A stretch of DNA of 63,915 nucleotides, counting the filler, from Reticulomyxa filosa (taxonomy: Eukaryota; Protista; Foraminifera): assembly GCA_000512085.1 (NCBI GenBank). It is 19 parts of 19 records of this genome, joined end to end, with 100 filler letters (N's around TTAATTAATTAA, not from the genome) between each part and the next. Parts side by side here need not be neighbours in the genome. Positions count along the whole stretch, not along the records: positions 28,402 to 29,808 come from ASPP01033705.1; positions 29,909 to 32,611 come from ASPP01019891.1; positions 32,712 to 34,182 come from ASPP01029353.1; positions 34,283 to 35,438 come from ASPP01027533.1; positions 35,539 to 41,316 come from ASPP01001541.1; positions 41,417 to 44,614 come from ASPP01012110.1; 13 more parts are not named here. The stretch is one strand, 5' to 3'. Positions 29,505 to 42,673 of this stretch are shown piece after piece (within the stretch, counting starts at the first letter, position 1; the number at the start of each line of letters is the position of its first letter). The position numbers were made by a program, and so were the translations under genes. The notes beneath the pieces were generated by a model. It ran no database searches, was not told where the DNA came from, and worked only from the letters and a program-made list of their open reading frames with translations.

Positions 29505-32500
29505 CTTTTTTTTTTTTTCTCACTTGTTTCTAAATTCATTAAGTTAGTCCGATTGGATTGTTCATCATAAGACAAAAATATTAGTTTAAACAGACAGAAA
29601 CAGTTTGTTTTTTTGTTTCAATCGCAAACAAAAAAAAGCATTTTTCTTTAAATATTTTTTTTTTTTGAAACGTATGAAAAGTTTTAGAAAAAACTTTTAA
29701 AGTTTTTTTGTAAAAAGAAAACTGAACCTTTGAAGGGGTAAAAACTTATAAAACAGGACGAGTTGCATAGTTGTTTATGAGAAGAATATAAACAAAGATG
29801 GCCATGAANNNNNNNNNNNNNNNNNNNNNNNNNNNNNNNNNNNNNNNNNNNNTTAATTAATTAANNNNNNNNNNNNNNNNNNNNNNNNNNNNNNNNNNNN
29901 NNNNNNNNGTTTGACACCACCACGACCGCATTTAATACATGCAGTGCCAGCAATACAATTCCATATACCAGCGATGAGTTCATGTTGCTGCTGAAGTCAA
30001 AGAGTTTTCCACTCGTCTTTTCTCATCCGTTTACCCCTCTCTTGTCGGGCACATTGAAACTAAAGGACACCAAATCGGTAACAAAGCCACTTTAAGACAG
30101 GAAAACAAATAAAATTTGTGGCAGCGAATATATTTATAAAATTTTAAATGGATCTCAAATTGTTTATAGAAATACCGAATTTATTGTGAAATGCAATTTG
30201 TTGCACTTGTTTTATGCGCATTAACAATAGCTCAATGCAAAAAAAGAATTGAGCTTTTTCTCATTTCAAAATTCTTTCCACTTGAAAGATTAATCATAAT
30301 CTTCAATCAAAAAACCGAAAAAAGTTAAATAAAAAAAAGGATGGCTGGTGAATACCCAGCAAGTGTTCAGAGCTGCCGGGTATGCAAAAATGCTTACTGG
30401 CCATTGCTCGTTATTTTCAACGCACAAAATTGTCATCAGGTCAGCATTGTTGCGCTCAGCCGAACGTCCTAGCATTGTTGAGTTTTGTTGTTTGTGTATT
30501 GTATGCGTTGCAATCGTTTTACACTTTGTCTTATTTTTTGATTGAGTGAGAAAGGAATAATCTCAAAAAAATTGATTGGTTGCCTTTTTATAGAAAAGCA
30601 ACAAAATGTGAAACTTCTCCAAAAAAAATACCTGCACAACTCCGATCCCTTGTAAATATGCTTATTGCCCTCCCACACGTTTTAACAGGACTGCCATTTG
30701 AGGTCGTTTTCTTGTGATGGCAGATAAGTCCAATCAAAGAGTAAGTGTGGTATTGCAGCTGGGCCACGATGAATGGGTCGAACATGTCAAAAAGTAGGTA
30801 CATAGCAATTAAGGAGGCTGTTTGCCAAACGAGTTGGTCCACTCGCACACTCACGTCTCAGTCCGCCCTGTACGTCAAAAAAACATTTGTGCATACCTCA
30901 AGTTGTTGTATGCGTTAAAGGGAAGATGTTCCAAGATGACAATGATGCAAATTTTTCACAACTGGAACATGTGTGTATGTATACCGTGGAGTCACTGGTA
31001 TTTGTTTCAGTGACGATAACTTGTTCCATTCTCGGAAGCGCTCGCTTTGGTGTCTGCGCGCTTGCTTGTTAGCAATTTCAAAGCTTTGGAAAAGGAATGT
31101 ATATCATTTTGTGTAAGAAGATCTTTGTTCATGATTTGACAATGTTCTCAAAACGACATGATAACATCGATTTGTTCTTGAAATGAACAGAAAGGTACCA
31201 CAATCTTAGTTTTTAACTTTAGAAGTACTGAAATTTCGCACTTATTTAAGTTGTACAAAAAACTTTAATAAATTTTTATTACAAATAATGTCTGAAAAAA
31301 AGATTATAAAATTTACTTTAGAAATTATTGTGTTTGCTTTATTCTGAAAATATTAACGAATGTATTTCTAAAAGGGCCTAGTTCCTTTTTGTTTTCTTGT
31401 CTTTCATGTTGTTACGTAAGTTAAAACTTAGAAGAGATGCTGTGGCTTTCGATACAAAAGTGAAAGAATAATCGAATTACATGGTATACTGTCTGACAAG
31501 ATATGTTTTTTAAAGAAATAAGCAGTCTTTTCCCTCTGCTGCATTCCACTTTGGACTCTCTATATCCAATTCAAATCGACCAATCACTAGAAGAGTGCAA
31601 GAGCATGATATTCAAACGCAAAAACTGGTGTGCATATGCCACAAACCTTTGCAAAGGTCTAAATCTTTTTCGTATGGTCATTATAGCAATCTCATGTTAT
31701 CCGGAACTTTGTAATGTATCTTTTACCCGATTCATCAACTTTCTGCTATTGCCCAACAAATCTACTTCCTTCTGATCTGCTTATCGTCACGTGCGTACTA
31801 CTTATTTGCAATGCTTTTCGCACACATCTTACTTCAATTTTGTGTGCATATTAATTTTTGAATAACTATCAATTGTTTTGTTTAATTCTAATCGCCTTTT
31901 ATTAGCATAAGCTTGTTCGTTCCAGTTTTAAGTTTTTTTCAAGCTTTTCCATAAGAAAGACATTGCACAATGAAACTTGCCGATAATGGAAATAATAATG
32001 ATATTGAAGAAATTATCTTGTTGTCTTCTGTACAGAAGAATTCACAAAGCACACATTCACAATAAAATATGTGAGTGGAAGCAATCATCAGTGCCATTTA
32101 TTACTTTTCTTGTTGATAATATTCATGTATTTCAAAAAGATCAATTTCAATTTATTAAATACGCCATTTTGTCAGTCGGTGGTGCACATTTTCCTGATTT
32201 GTATTCAAATCTGAAATGAGGTAAAAGAGATAATTGAAAATAAAAAGGAAAAAGAGGATAAATAATTCTATTTTATAACAATCGAAAATTTTATTAGAAT
32301 GGCGAAGACAATAGTAATTTGAATTGCCTGAATTACAAAACATAAAAAAAAACAAAGTGTTATAAAATGCATACAATTTCAGACATTAAAAAAGAACCAT
32401 TGTATGCAAAAATAATATTTAAAGATTGTGGCAATGTTCATATGCATCCCAAGGTCGTCGTCGTATGTTATTTGCTTTGCTTCTGCTGGCAGGCTTTGCA

Positions 32501-33104
32501 ATAAGATCGAAACTTGGTGATGATGTAATCGAAAGCGTTTTTGATAGCCGATACAAGAAGCGACGAGATAGTGGCTCCAGACTAGGCCATGGCATCGACG
32601 TCATCTCAAATNNNNNNNNNNNNNNNNNNNNNNNNNNNNNNNNNNNNNNNNNNNNTTAATTAATTAANNNNNNNNNNNNNNNNNNNNNNNNNNNNNNNNN
32701 NNNNNNNNNNNTTGTTGTTCCATTTGTTTTTTTTTTCAGCAGTTGTGTTACAGTGAACTTAAAAACTAAGAGAATCAGTGAACGCAAACTTGGCTATGTC
32801 TGATCGAAAAGGAAAGATTGTCAATTTTGAATGTAAAATAAATATCACATATTTTGACCTTTTGAAAAAAATTAAATGACTGTCACGTTGCTTCACTACA
32901 GAGTCATTCAACAAATAAGTGATGTTTATTCAAATTTTTAATGTTTTTTCGTGAACCTTGTGCGTTTGTTTTTTGTGATAAGAGGAAAAAAAGGCTTTTG
33001 AATAATAATCAAGAAAAGTTGGAACTCATTTTTTATAACTGACAACAGAAATACAAAAAGAAAGAGACTTGAACGCAATAATAATAAAAAACAATGAATT
33101 TAGT

Positions 33105-33975
33105 TTACAATTTACTTTTTGAAGAGCGACCATTCAACTGATAAAAGTGAATAGCATTTGAATGAACCATTTTTTGGATTTGAGCTTGGTCAAAATGATT
33201 TTTGACAAGCATTGAGATATACATGTGCCAATACATGTCATAATCTCCATGTATTTTATCAACAGGGAAGTCGCTCGCAAACATCACTCGATCCACTCCA
33301 AAGTTGTCAATACCAAACACTGCAATTTTTCCACCACCTTTTCGCAAAAGTTGTTATTGAAAATGCCCCAACCACTCATCTTAATATAGACATTTTTGCA
33401 CTTGCTCAACAAGGCAATGCCTTGTTTCCAAATGTCCATATCCTCCTCGAGTGGAAAGCCGCAATGGTTAATCACTATTTTGAGTTTCGGGTATGCTGCT
33501 GCGACTACCGCCGCACAAGTCATTTGACAAGGGTAAATTTGCATTTCAAATATTAATCCATGTTTGTCCAAGCTCCTTTTTTTTTTTTTTGTCATAAAAA
33601 AAAAAATAATAATAATTCGGACTTTGTGACTTTTGACACATTTTAAAAAAACAAAAACAAAATGGAGGGAAATTCATACCGTAATCCGTGATGGAACTCG
33701 GGACTCATCAGCACATCGAATCTTCTTACTAACTGACGGTTTTTATATTTGGGATGGTAGTCCAGACAATGACGGACGCCACGAAATTGAGATGACAGCT
33801 TTTGGTGCTGTTGTATCACAGTTTCCACATTTGGATCGCATAAATCTATACATGCAATAATAGCGGTAGGATGCTTGTATTGAACGTACAAGTCTTGCCG
33901 ATATCTTGTCTCTTCCAAAGGATCGTCATGGAAACATTGAACATGCACAGATTTATTCAACTCATATAAACTCGA
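33105..33975 (-). CDS. Amidohydrolase_2 family (lactonase-like), spliced, with a frameshift near 33345
   Basis: KSVHVQC..EETR, FRGVRH, FEMQIYP, IVINHCGFP, NVYIKMSG, FGVDRVMFASDFPVD. Confidence 0.8.
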
Positions 33976-34469
33976 CTCTTGATGCAGTAGTGTCCTTTTC
34001 CGTCAAATTGGGTAAAAAAAGGTCCAATTAAATTGGAAAGGAAAAGATTGAATGTACAGTACCGAAGATGGAAATGTACGATGAATTTCGCCTTCAACAA
34101 ACAGGAGAGGTAGAAGTGTTTGTTGTTTGTTTCGTTTCTGTTTAGACTCTTTTTTTTTTTAAGGAAGAATGCCGAAAAAAAANNNNNNNNNNNNNNNNNN
34201 NNNNNNNNNNNNNNNNNNNNNNNNNNTTAATTAATTAANNNNNNNNNNNNNNNNNNNNNNNNNNNNNNNNNNNNNNNNNNNNGTCTACCGAAATGGGAGC
34301 ATCAGACGGATAAAGGATACTTAAACAACCTAAAACAAATGTTTGTGGAGTTTGTGGAGGAATCAACGAATTCAAAGGTTGGCAAAGAGAAAGAAGAATT
34401 CAACATACAAGAGACATTAAAGTTGATAACAAAGTGAGCGAAATTGCTACAGAAATTACAGATAAACAT

Positions 34470-34790
34470 GTAATTTTGTTTCATGGAGGCACAAGTAATG
34501 GTAAATCCACGTTAATACACTTCCTTTGGATCAAAAATAGAAAAACAATTGTAGATGATAGAACTCATATCGTTACTATCAAAGTCCAAAACAAAGCTAT
34601 ATAAAACGTTGTCATCGGTTTAAGAGCGGTGTCAGAAACGCGACATATCACAGCTGCTTCAATCGATTTAAAGGAGATGAGTTATTTACTGAGAAAGACA
34701 GTGTTGTGTTTTATGACACTCCAGAATTTGAAGATACAATTGGCCCTGAAGTCGCTGTTGCAAATGTCATTGGAATCATTCGAGTACCAG
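34470..34790 (+). pseudogene. P-loop GTPase-like relic
   Basis: ILFHGGTSNGKSTLIH..SETRHI..FYDTPEFED across broken frames. Confidence 0.4.
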
Positions 34791-34949
34791 TTGAGAAAAT
34801 TAATATGTCCATTTATTAGCTTATATTACAAAAGTATTTGTGGTATTTACACACTTAAATTGTTTTGCTAGTCTCATAGTATTAGCATTGTCAAAGCTAA
34901 TTACAATATTCACTGTTATCTTTTGACACCGCTGTCCGACCATTAGTGA

Positions 34950-35400
34950 ATTCATTTTGGATAGGTACAATGCCACGATCATTGCTTATGGGCAAACGAT
35001 TGGCAAAAACAAAAAAAAACATTCTTTTATTGTTGGAATTATTTTAATTCCATCGAAAATCTAAAGAATTTTTTTTTTAGACAGGATATGTGATAAAAAG
35101 GTGTTAAAAAAAAAAATGATATTATAAAAAAAACTTTATTGTTCTTAATTATTTATCAAAAAAGGGTCCAGAAAAACATATACTATCATATTTTGCTATT
35201 CAAAAACTCAATTTACCGACACGATGAACAAAAACACAGTTGACCAAATTCAATGTTCGTTTATTGAAATCTCTAACGAAGAGACTCGAGACGCCACCAA
35301 GGCATTGACAATCCGTGAACACACAGATCTGGAAAGCACCAACTCCCGAATACACATCCCATGTTCCAATTATTTGAGAGAAAGAGAAAAAAGTCTTATA
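34950..35400 (+). pseudogene. Kinesin motor-domain relic
   Basis: LDRYNATIIAYGQT, then (intron) GSRKTYT, QIQCSFIEISNEETRD and LTIREH: degenerate kinesin motifs. Confidence 0.6.
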
Positions 35401-36627
35401 CAAAGGATTGTGTGTTTGAGAAATGCTTACTTTTTTTTNNNNNNNNNNNNNNNNNNNNNNNNNNNNNNNNNNNNNNNNNNNNTTAATTAATTAANNNNNN
35501 NNNNNNNNNNNNNNNNNNNNNNNNNNNNNNNNNNNNNNTTTTTTTGCAATCTACTGCATAACTCAAATACATCAAACAAAAAAATCAAGCGACTCAAATC
35601 GAAAATCATAATCTTTGATTAATATAACATTTTTAAATATATTCTACTTCATTTCTTCGCATTCTGGCTCTGTCAATAACAAAATTTGAAATGTGATCTA
35701 GTTCTAATATTTTTGAACTCTGCATTTCATACATGCTAAATGCAGTCAGCAAAATATCAAACAAATTTAGACATTTCCTTGTTAAAAAACAGTCATAAAA
35801 TTTTTTTTGCTAAAAAAAGACTAAATCATAGTTGGAATAACCAGCAATATTTGAATTTGTTAATATTGATTGTTTTGTAAACATCGACTACTTCCGGGTC
35901 CAATTACTTTTGGATTGAATAAGAAAAAGAAGTGTTTATTGGATTTGCTATGATAATCCACAATTTTGTGAATCTGTATTTGCTGTTAGTGATAGAACAA
36001 TACTGGTTATAAGTTGGATTAGTCTGCTTGGCTTACTCATTTTGTAAATATTATTAAAATTTGCCTTTTTTTTTCCGACATTGTCAAATTGTTTTTTGGT
36101 CATTGTTTCATCAATGTTCTCATTTAAAAAATCATAAGAACTCAAATCTTGTTATAAAAATTTCTCATTGTATAGCACACATTGCCACTGCCCATTATTT
36201 CGGACATAAGAGAATTTTGTCTCCGTTAGATCAATCTTTTTTTTCCTAATGCATAATGTTACCACAACGTAAACTCACGTCAAAGTTTAAAAGCTCAAAA
36301 CTTTACTTGTGGCAATAAAGAAAGTTTCAATATTCCATAACAAGAGCAAGTACGCGACAAGTCTTTGTAGTTTGTCACCAAAAGACAAACATTACATATG
36401 CCAAAAGAAAAAAAACTGAACCGTACAGCCCCTTGTAACCCTGTCATTTTAATTGATTTGATAAAATTACTCAATAACAAACATTTTTAATTGAAAATAA
36501 AAAAAATTAGAGAATTGAATAGTTTAAGAATGTTTCGTTTCAAATTTTTTTTGAATTTTTTACTAAATATTTTGACTGAAAGTGCATTAAAAAAATAGAA
36601 ATAATGGTGTGGTGAATTAAATTCACC

Positions 36628-36868
36628 GGCGATACCTAGAGATACTGCAATACTAGGATCACCACTTCATCTAACCCAAACAAATGTAAATCCATCTGAG
36701 TTGTAAATCTACAAAAGAGCAAGCCCTTTTGTATGTAGATCACAGTGAAGTTTGGCTCAAGAAATCATCCTAATCAACTGTTTAGAAACAAATAGTTCCT
36801 AATCTCAGAGATCAGGCTGAGAAGAACTGATACTACACTTGATCTTAGCCAAAAGGCCGAGAAGGTAT
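36628..36868 (-). ncRNA. U2: U2 spliceosomal snRNA (~240 nt)
   Basis: 5' AUACCUUCUCGGCCUUUUGGCUAAGAUCAAGUGUAGUAUC; stem IIa CUCAG/CUGAG; Sm-like AUUUCUUG; stem-loop IV with an AUUGCAGU loop. Confidence 0.95.
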
Positions 36869-37250
36869 GAAGAAAATGTAAAATAGCTTCAAACATAGAT
36901 GTCAGAAACACTTGTTGATAAAGTACTTTGTTCCAATGACATAGTGGAACTCGCTTGTCACTTACACTTCTTGTTATTTCACTAGTTATTTGCATTTTTC
37001 ATTACAACTTTAAATAGTCCCATAATCATTCTTGAATCTGTATACCCGTCAACTTATTGAAATAGCATCTAAAGTATACAATTTTTATTTTTCATTTTCA
37101 GCATTTTTTGACAATTTTATTTGTTAATATTTTCCAAAAGAACTTCCACAAATTTTTTAATTGGATATATCCTGACACTGTAAAATTTTTGAACAAATTC
37201 TACAGTTTCGAACTCAACGAAGGGACCGACGAATTGACTTTGTTTGAGCA

Positions 37251-38305
37251 ATGAAACACATAATGTATCGCGTATCCATCCCAAAAAAGTAAATGTATAT
37301 TATTTTTCCATTTTTTTTTTGACAGTTACACATTAATACATAGATTGCATTGCAATTCGCGCAACTATTCAACTCAGTCTTCAGTAACGAGTTCACTTAG
37401 GACCTGCAATAACTTGGTTCGAAGTGAGACCTTGCCTATCAGAAAGGGTGTGAATATCTCATCACAGCTCGTGTGTCATTCATCCCGTCATATCAATAGC
37501 CAAAGTTAAAACCAAGTTTGTAAATCAAATCGAAATCAAATGACAAATCAATCAATCAAACAAAAGGTGGTCCTGAACCATTCCGATCTGAAATTAAGCA
37601 AGAAAAGCCACCACCAGGATATTTAGCAATAGATGGCGTGTTTGATGGCAGTGTTCAGATCGATGGTAAAAAATACAAACACTCACTATTTGTGTGCCCC
37701 CAATTTGTTGTGCAATGGATGCCAGCATCTCTGGAACAAATCACACCAGAATCTTTGGCATTGGCGACAATTCATTATCCTTCGATTCGTTAATTTGCAA
37801 TACATATATTAAAATATGTGTATTTCAAATTGTTACAAACTTTTGGACACAAAAAAATAAATTAAAAAAAAAAAAGGAGGGGATTGCATTATTAAAAAAT
37901 TCAATTCAATTGTCACAATATGATATAACACATACATATATATATATATATATGCATATGCATATTAAAGGACATGTATTCGTTGGAGTGGGGTATACAC
38001 TTCCTTGCCCAACACCACCCGATTGGGTTGCTTTTTTAGCCAAATATCGCGTCACATGTGAAATTGTCACCTTTGCTACTGCTATGCGACTGTTCAACAG
38101 CCAAAATACTCTGACTCAAGACTTTGTTGAGTTTTTTTGTTCCATTGCAATATGTTCACAGCATTGGCCTCATTTTAATATATCAAACTATTGTGTTTGT
38201 GTGTTTGTGTGTGGCTAGGCTGCTGCTTTATTGTATGAACCCCATGTAGTTTCTAGATTACATTCATTGACTCGAAAGGTGGACCTTGGAATGGCTGATC
38301 ATTAA
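37251..38305 (+). CDS. NDUFAF3: Mth938-domain protein (NDUFAF3-like complex I assembly factor), multi-exon
   Basis: IDGVFDGSVQIDGKKYKHSLFVCPQFVVQW..ITPESLAL..HVFVGVG..CEIVTFATAMRLFN..AAALL. Ser/Arg-rich transit-peptide-like N-terminus. Confidence 0.7.
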
Positions 38306-38733
38306 TAACCTATCTAATCCATTATTTTTGGTACGATTTCATCAATAGTACACCAAAAAAAATTTTACTTTTTTTAGCAATATTTTTCATAGCATCTCGG
38401 CGTGATATGCAATCGGCCAACTTTTTCGCAAACTGTTTCATTCACTGTGGACAATCTCTACCGAAAGTTGTAAGAAAATTCAAACAAAAATGGAAATGTT
38501 TTGAACTATGTGAGACACGTTTGACTTTTCATTTGCTTACCAAAAGTGGGAAACAAAATCAATGAACTTATATCACAATCATTGTACACAATTTTAAGAA
38601 AAGTCTAATTCTCGAAACTTTACGTTGACTACAGACTGCACGATTTCAAAAAAGTTGCTTTGGGGTTTTAACTGTTCAACCTGTGTTTCGACAACTTTTG
38701 AGTCTTTGCATTTAAGTTTATTTTCGTGACAAA

Positions 38734-40764
38734 ATGTCAAATTTAATAAACTTTTGGTCCAAAAATGGAGATAATAATAACTTAAAGCTAAAATTACTTC
38801 TCGTTGGAGGTGGTGTGCTAACTCTTGCGGCAGGTGTTTTACTGTATCAGCACAGGCCAAGTAAACAAGAAGGCACCCCAAACCTGGATACCCCTTATTC
38901 TTTCTTTTTTGGCAATTTGCAGTTTGTTGCGGAGGCCCACCACAAAAAGAAAGGCCATGAGCTGATTTATGAAGCGTTTGTGAAAAGCAAAGCCCCAGTA
39001 GTTAATATGTCATTTCCTGAGCGCACTTGCAGACTGCTTTCCGACGATCCTGAGATAATCAAATTTGTATTCGAAACCGAGTTTGAGTCATTTGAAAAGG
39101 GTGAAGTTGTTAGAGAATGGATGCATGAAATTCTAGGTACGTACATTTGCTCTCATCCCCCTTTTTTTTTTTACCCCTCTTCCAATGGAATATTCTTTTT
39201 TTTTTTTTTTAACAATAATAGGAGATGGAATCTTTATGTCAGACCCACCAAAGGTATTTTTTAAAAAAATTTATTGTTGTCACTATCTTGAGTGGTACAC
39301 AATTTGCTGACGAGGAAAACATGAGTCTGTTATATATAAGTACTGATGTGTATGTGTTTTTCTGGACAACAATATGTCGCAATCTTATGTGGAAAAAAAA
39401 AAAAAAAAAAAAACAGTGGAAAATGCACCGAAAAGCGGCGTCACGAATGTTTTCAATGAGAAATTTGAAAGAGTATATGTTTTCGTGTGCGTTATCCGGC
39501 AGTCAACGTACAGTGGCAAAGCTGAAGGAATTGAAAGATATGGACCAATTCAAAGAGAGTGGCGTTGACATCAGTGATATACTGGGCAGATTTACCTTGG
39601 ACTCTTTTATCGAAATATGTTTTGGTCGGTCTTTGGAAATCGTCGAAAGTGCCCCTAATGAACATGCTTTCAGTCAAGCTTTTGATGAGAGTATCCACAT
39701 ATGTAGTGCCCGTTCTGTCGATTTGTTTTGGAAATGGAAAAAGAGTCTTAGCATTGGAAACGAGCAATTGGTCAAGAAAAATGAAAAAATTTTGAATGAG
39801 TTTGTATATCGACTGCTCGACATTGACACTGTTAAGTATAGTTTATTTTGTTTCATCTTTTTTTTTTTTTTTTTTTTACATCAACAATATCGTAGTCAAC
39901 ATATAATTTGAAGGGTTTAAAAAAAATATAAAAAAAAAATGTTAAGCGTCGTCGGTTAATTGACGAAAGTGGTGTTGACAAGCACGATATAATATCATTG
40001 TATTTGTCAATGGAACCAAAAATTACTCGAAAGGAGTTGCGTGATGTCGCTCTAAACATGATCATCGCTGGAAGGGATACCACCCGCCTTTTGTTATCAT
40101 GGTTTTTCTACGCGATCGAAAATAAGCCAAAAATTTTGGAAAAAATTCGAGAGGAAATTAACGCGATTTCAACATCGGATATTTCTTACACACAAGCATC
40201 GGAAGGGTGAGGATTGTATTTTTTTTTTTTTTTTTTTTTGAGATATTTGGTCAATTTTTTTTTGTGTTGTTTATGGTCAAATAAAGATTGAAATATACCG
40301 AATGTGTATTATTGGAGACATTGCGTTTGTATCCTCCTGTGGGGTGGTCATGGAGATATGCTCGACAGGACATGAGCCTTCCTGAAAAGAATTTCCATAT
40401 GCGAAAAGGAGATTCGTTGAGTGTACAACACTGGGCAATGGGCAGAAGCACTGCCATTTGGGGAAAAGACGCATTGATCTTTGATCCTATGCGCTGGTAT
40501 GCTGAAGGCATTAACACCAAAACTCCATATGAATTTGTCCAATTTCACATCCCTCCTCGGGTATGTTTGGGACGCCAGTTTGCTCTATTGGAAGCAAAAA
40601 CATTCTTGTTTTACTTCTTTAAAAATTTCAATTTTAAAGCCAAAATTAGCCGCCCCATTAGCTATGATCATAACGAAGATCATGCAGTATTAATTCCTTA
40701 TTCTTCTGGGGCTTTATTGCAAATGAGTACTGGATATTATTTGACTTTGACTACTGTTGATTAA
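38734..40764 (+). CDS. Cytochrome P450 (CYP86/704/52-like fatty-acid hydroxylase type), multi-exon
   Basis: N-terminal TM, WKMHRK, IIAGRDTT, ETLRLYPPV, FDPMRW, FHIPPRVCLG. Confidence 0.92.
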
Positions 40765-41507
40765 ATCTTTTTTTTATCGGTTTGGAGTATACTACATTTA
40801 GCTATACTTTTCAATTTGAATAATTGAAAAATATGTTGTTTTTTATTGCGGTTCAATCAAAATTTATGTTTCTTGCAAGATGTTACTAACGTTGAGTCCA
40901 CTAAAATAGTTTTGTGTAAAGTTAGAGCAATATTGATGTCGATTTATTGTATGGTAACCTAGTCAAAGAAAACTGAATGTTAGGAAGCTAATCTTTGTGA
41001 AAGTTAAATTTACAAGAATGTAGCTGTTACAACAAAAAGATTTTATGTTCAGCGAATCAGATATCGAGCGAAGTATGACCTATTACTTATAATGTTTCAA
41101 CAGAAAAGAATCGAAAGTTTAATCATAAGTAGCCACCAGCCAAACAGCTAAATTCCTTCTATCAAGTCACATGATCGTCAGCCAGAAATTTTAGAATCAA
41201 CCAATAATGAGTCAATCATAATATTTACTGATTGAAACAAATTTTCAAATACCAGTTTGTGACTGGCACAAAGTGTAATACGAAAATCTCACTATATGAA
41301 ATACTTTTCATAAGAANNNNNNNNNNNNNNNNNNNNNNNNNNNNNNNNNNNNNNNNNNNNTTAATTAATTAANNNNNNNNNNNNNNNNNNNNNNNNNNNN
41401 NNNNNNNNNNNNNNNNCTAATGTGCACGTATACAACATGCATGGAAACGTTTAACAACATCGTTTAGTGCAAATAAAGATTTTTTTTTTATAGAAATTTT
41501 GTGAGCT

Positions 41508-42082
41508 TTAAAACTGGTTGTTGACTTTATACTTATGCCCATCTTTTGGACTTCGGCTGCTGAAACGTATAAATACACCGGCGTGATCGTTCGTGCCTTG
41601 CGAAGGGAACCATTCTTTCAAACTGGTACGGATAGTGTCGTCCAGTGTTTCTTGAAATTGTCTCAAAATAGTAATTTCTTCCATCGACAACTTCTGCTTT
41701 GAGAAGTATTTCCCACGGTAAAATGCAATCAGTGCTTGTGCCAGTGAAGGTTTAATGTCAATAAATTTGGTTGGATACGTATGCTTTTTGATATATGGGT
41801 ACCATACGTTCACGTCAAATGCAAGGTGTTCAACACAATGGAAAAATTTTAGCCTTTCATAAAAAAATTCCGAGTTATCTCCTTTACCATACCATTCTTC
41901 CCAGTGTTTTGGATAGAAATCAAGAGGTTTCTGTCATAATTTATTGTTCCCCCCTTCTGCTTTGCCTTTTTCACAGAATTCCACTTTGTTGACGCTTTAA
42001 CTTCGTAGTGGTAGGAGCCAAAGCAACCTGAAGTATAACTGGGTCTATAAGTTTCATTCCACAATGTGGAGGAATGTTTCAT
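41508..42082 (-). CDS. Cdc123/R2K-type ATP-grasp protein, 5' exons
   Basis: VWYPYIKKHTYPTKFI..GVFIRFSSRSPKD (R2K-clade RxSxRSPKD motif). Confidence 0.65.
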
Positions 42083-42673
42083 GATTGCTTTTTTTTTTTG
42101 TTGTTTATTATGGGATTGTTGGTTGAAAGAATGTCAAAAGTATTAGTGCTCCCCTTGAAACTTTGAGCCAGACACAAAGTTTTCAGTCAAAATTTTGATA
42201 TCTGCAGATATTGCAAATTTGGATTTTAAGCGAATGAGTTCAAACATGTTTCCTTACTTTAAAAATTTTGAAACAACTCTTACCTATCAATAACCAAAAC
42301 ACTGTTAGAAGACATTAACAAAGAGAAGATGTTAGAAATAAGTGCTTCTCCTGAGATTCGTATTCGACAATATTTTTGTTTAAAAGTGATTTTCGAAAAG
42401 TATGAATATATTGATAGACTTATGCGCTTTGAATCCTTTGCACTAGTCTTTGAAGATCTTAGTTGATACAGGTTTAAGCCTCGAATTTATTTTTGCGAAC
42501 CTTGGATGTGTTTTATAGTATATTGGTAAATATGCCATGGGTCAAAGATAAAAAAATAAAACTATCAAGTGTTGCAAACAATTCTTCTGCACGGATTAAA
42601 TAGATGAACAATGAACCAAAACAACAGCAACAACATACAAAAAATTCAAAAAAATAGCAAAAACAATTTTTCA

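Noticed and set aside
29909-32611. Short ORFs in contig 8
   Set aside because: No recognisable domain or consistent exon chain could be supported.
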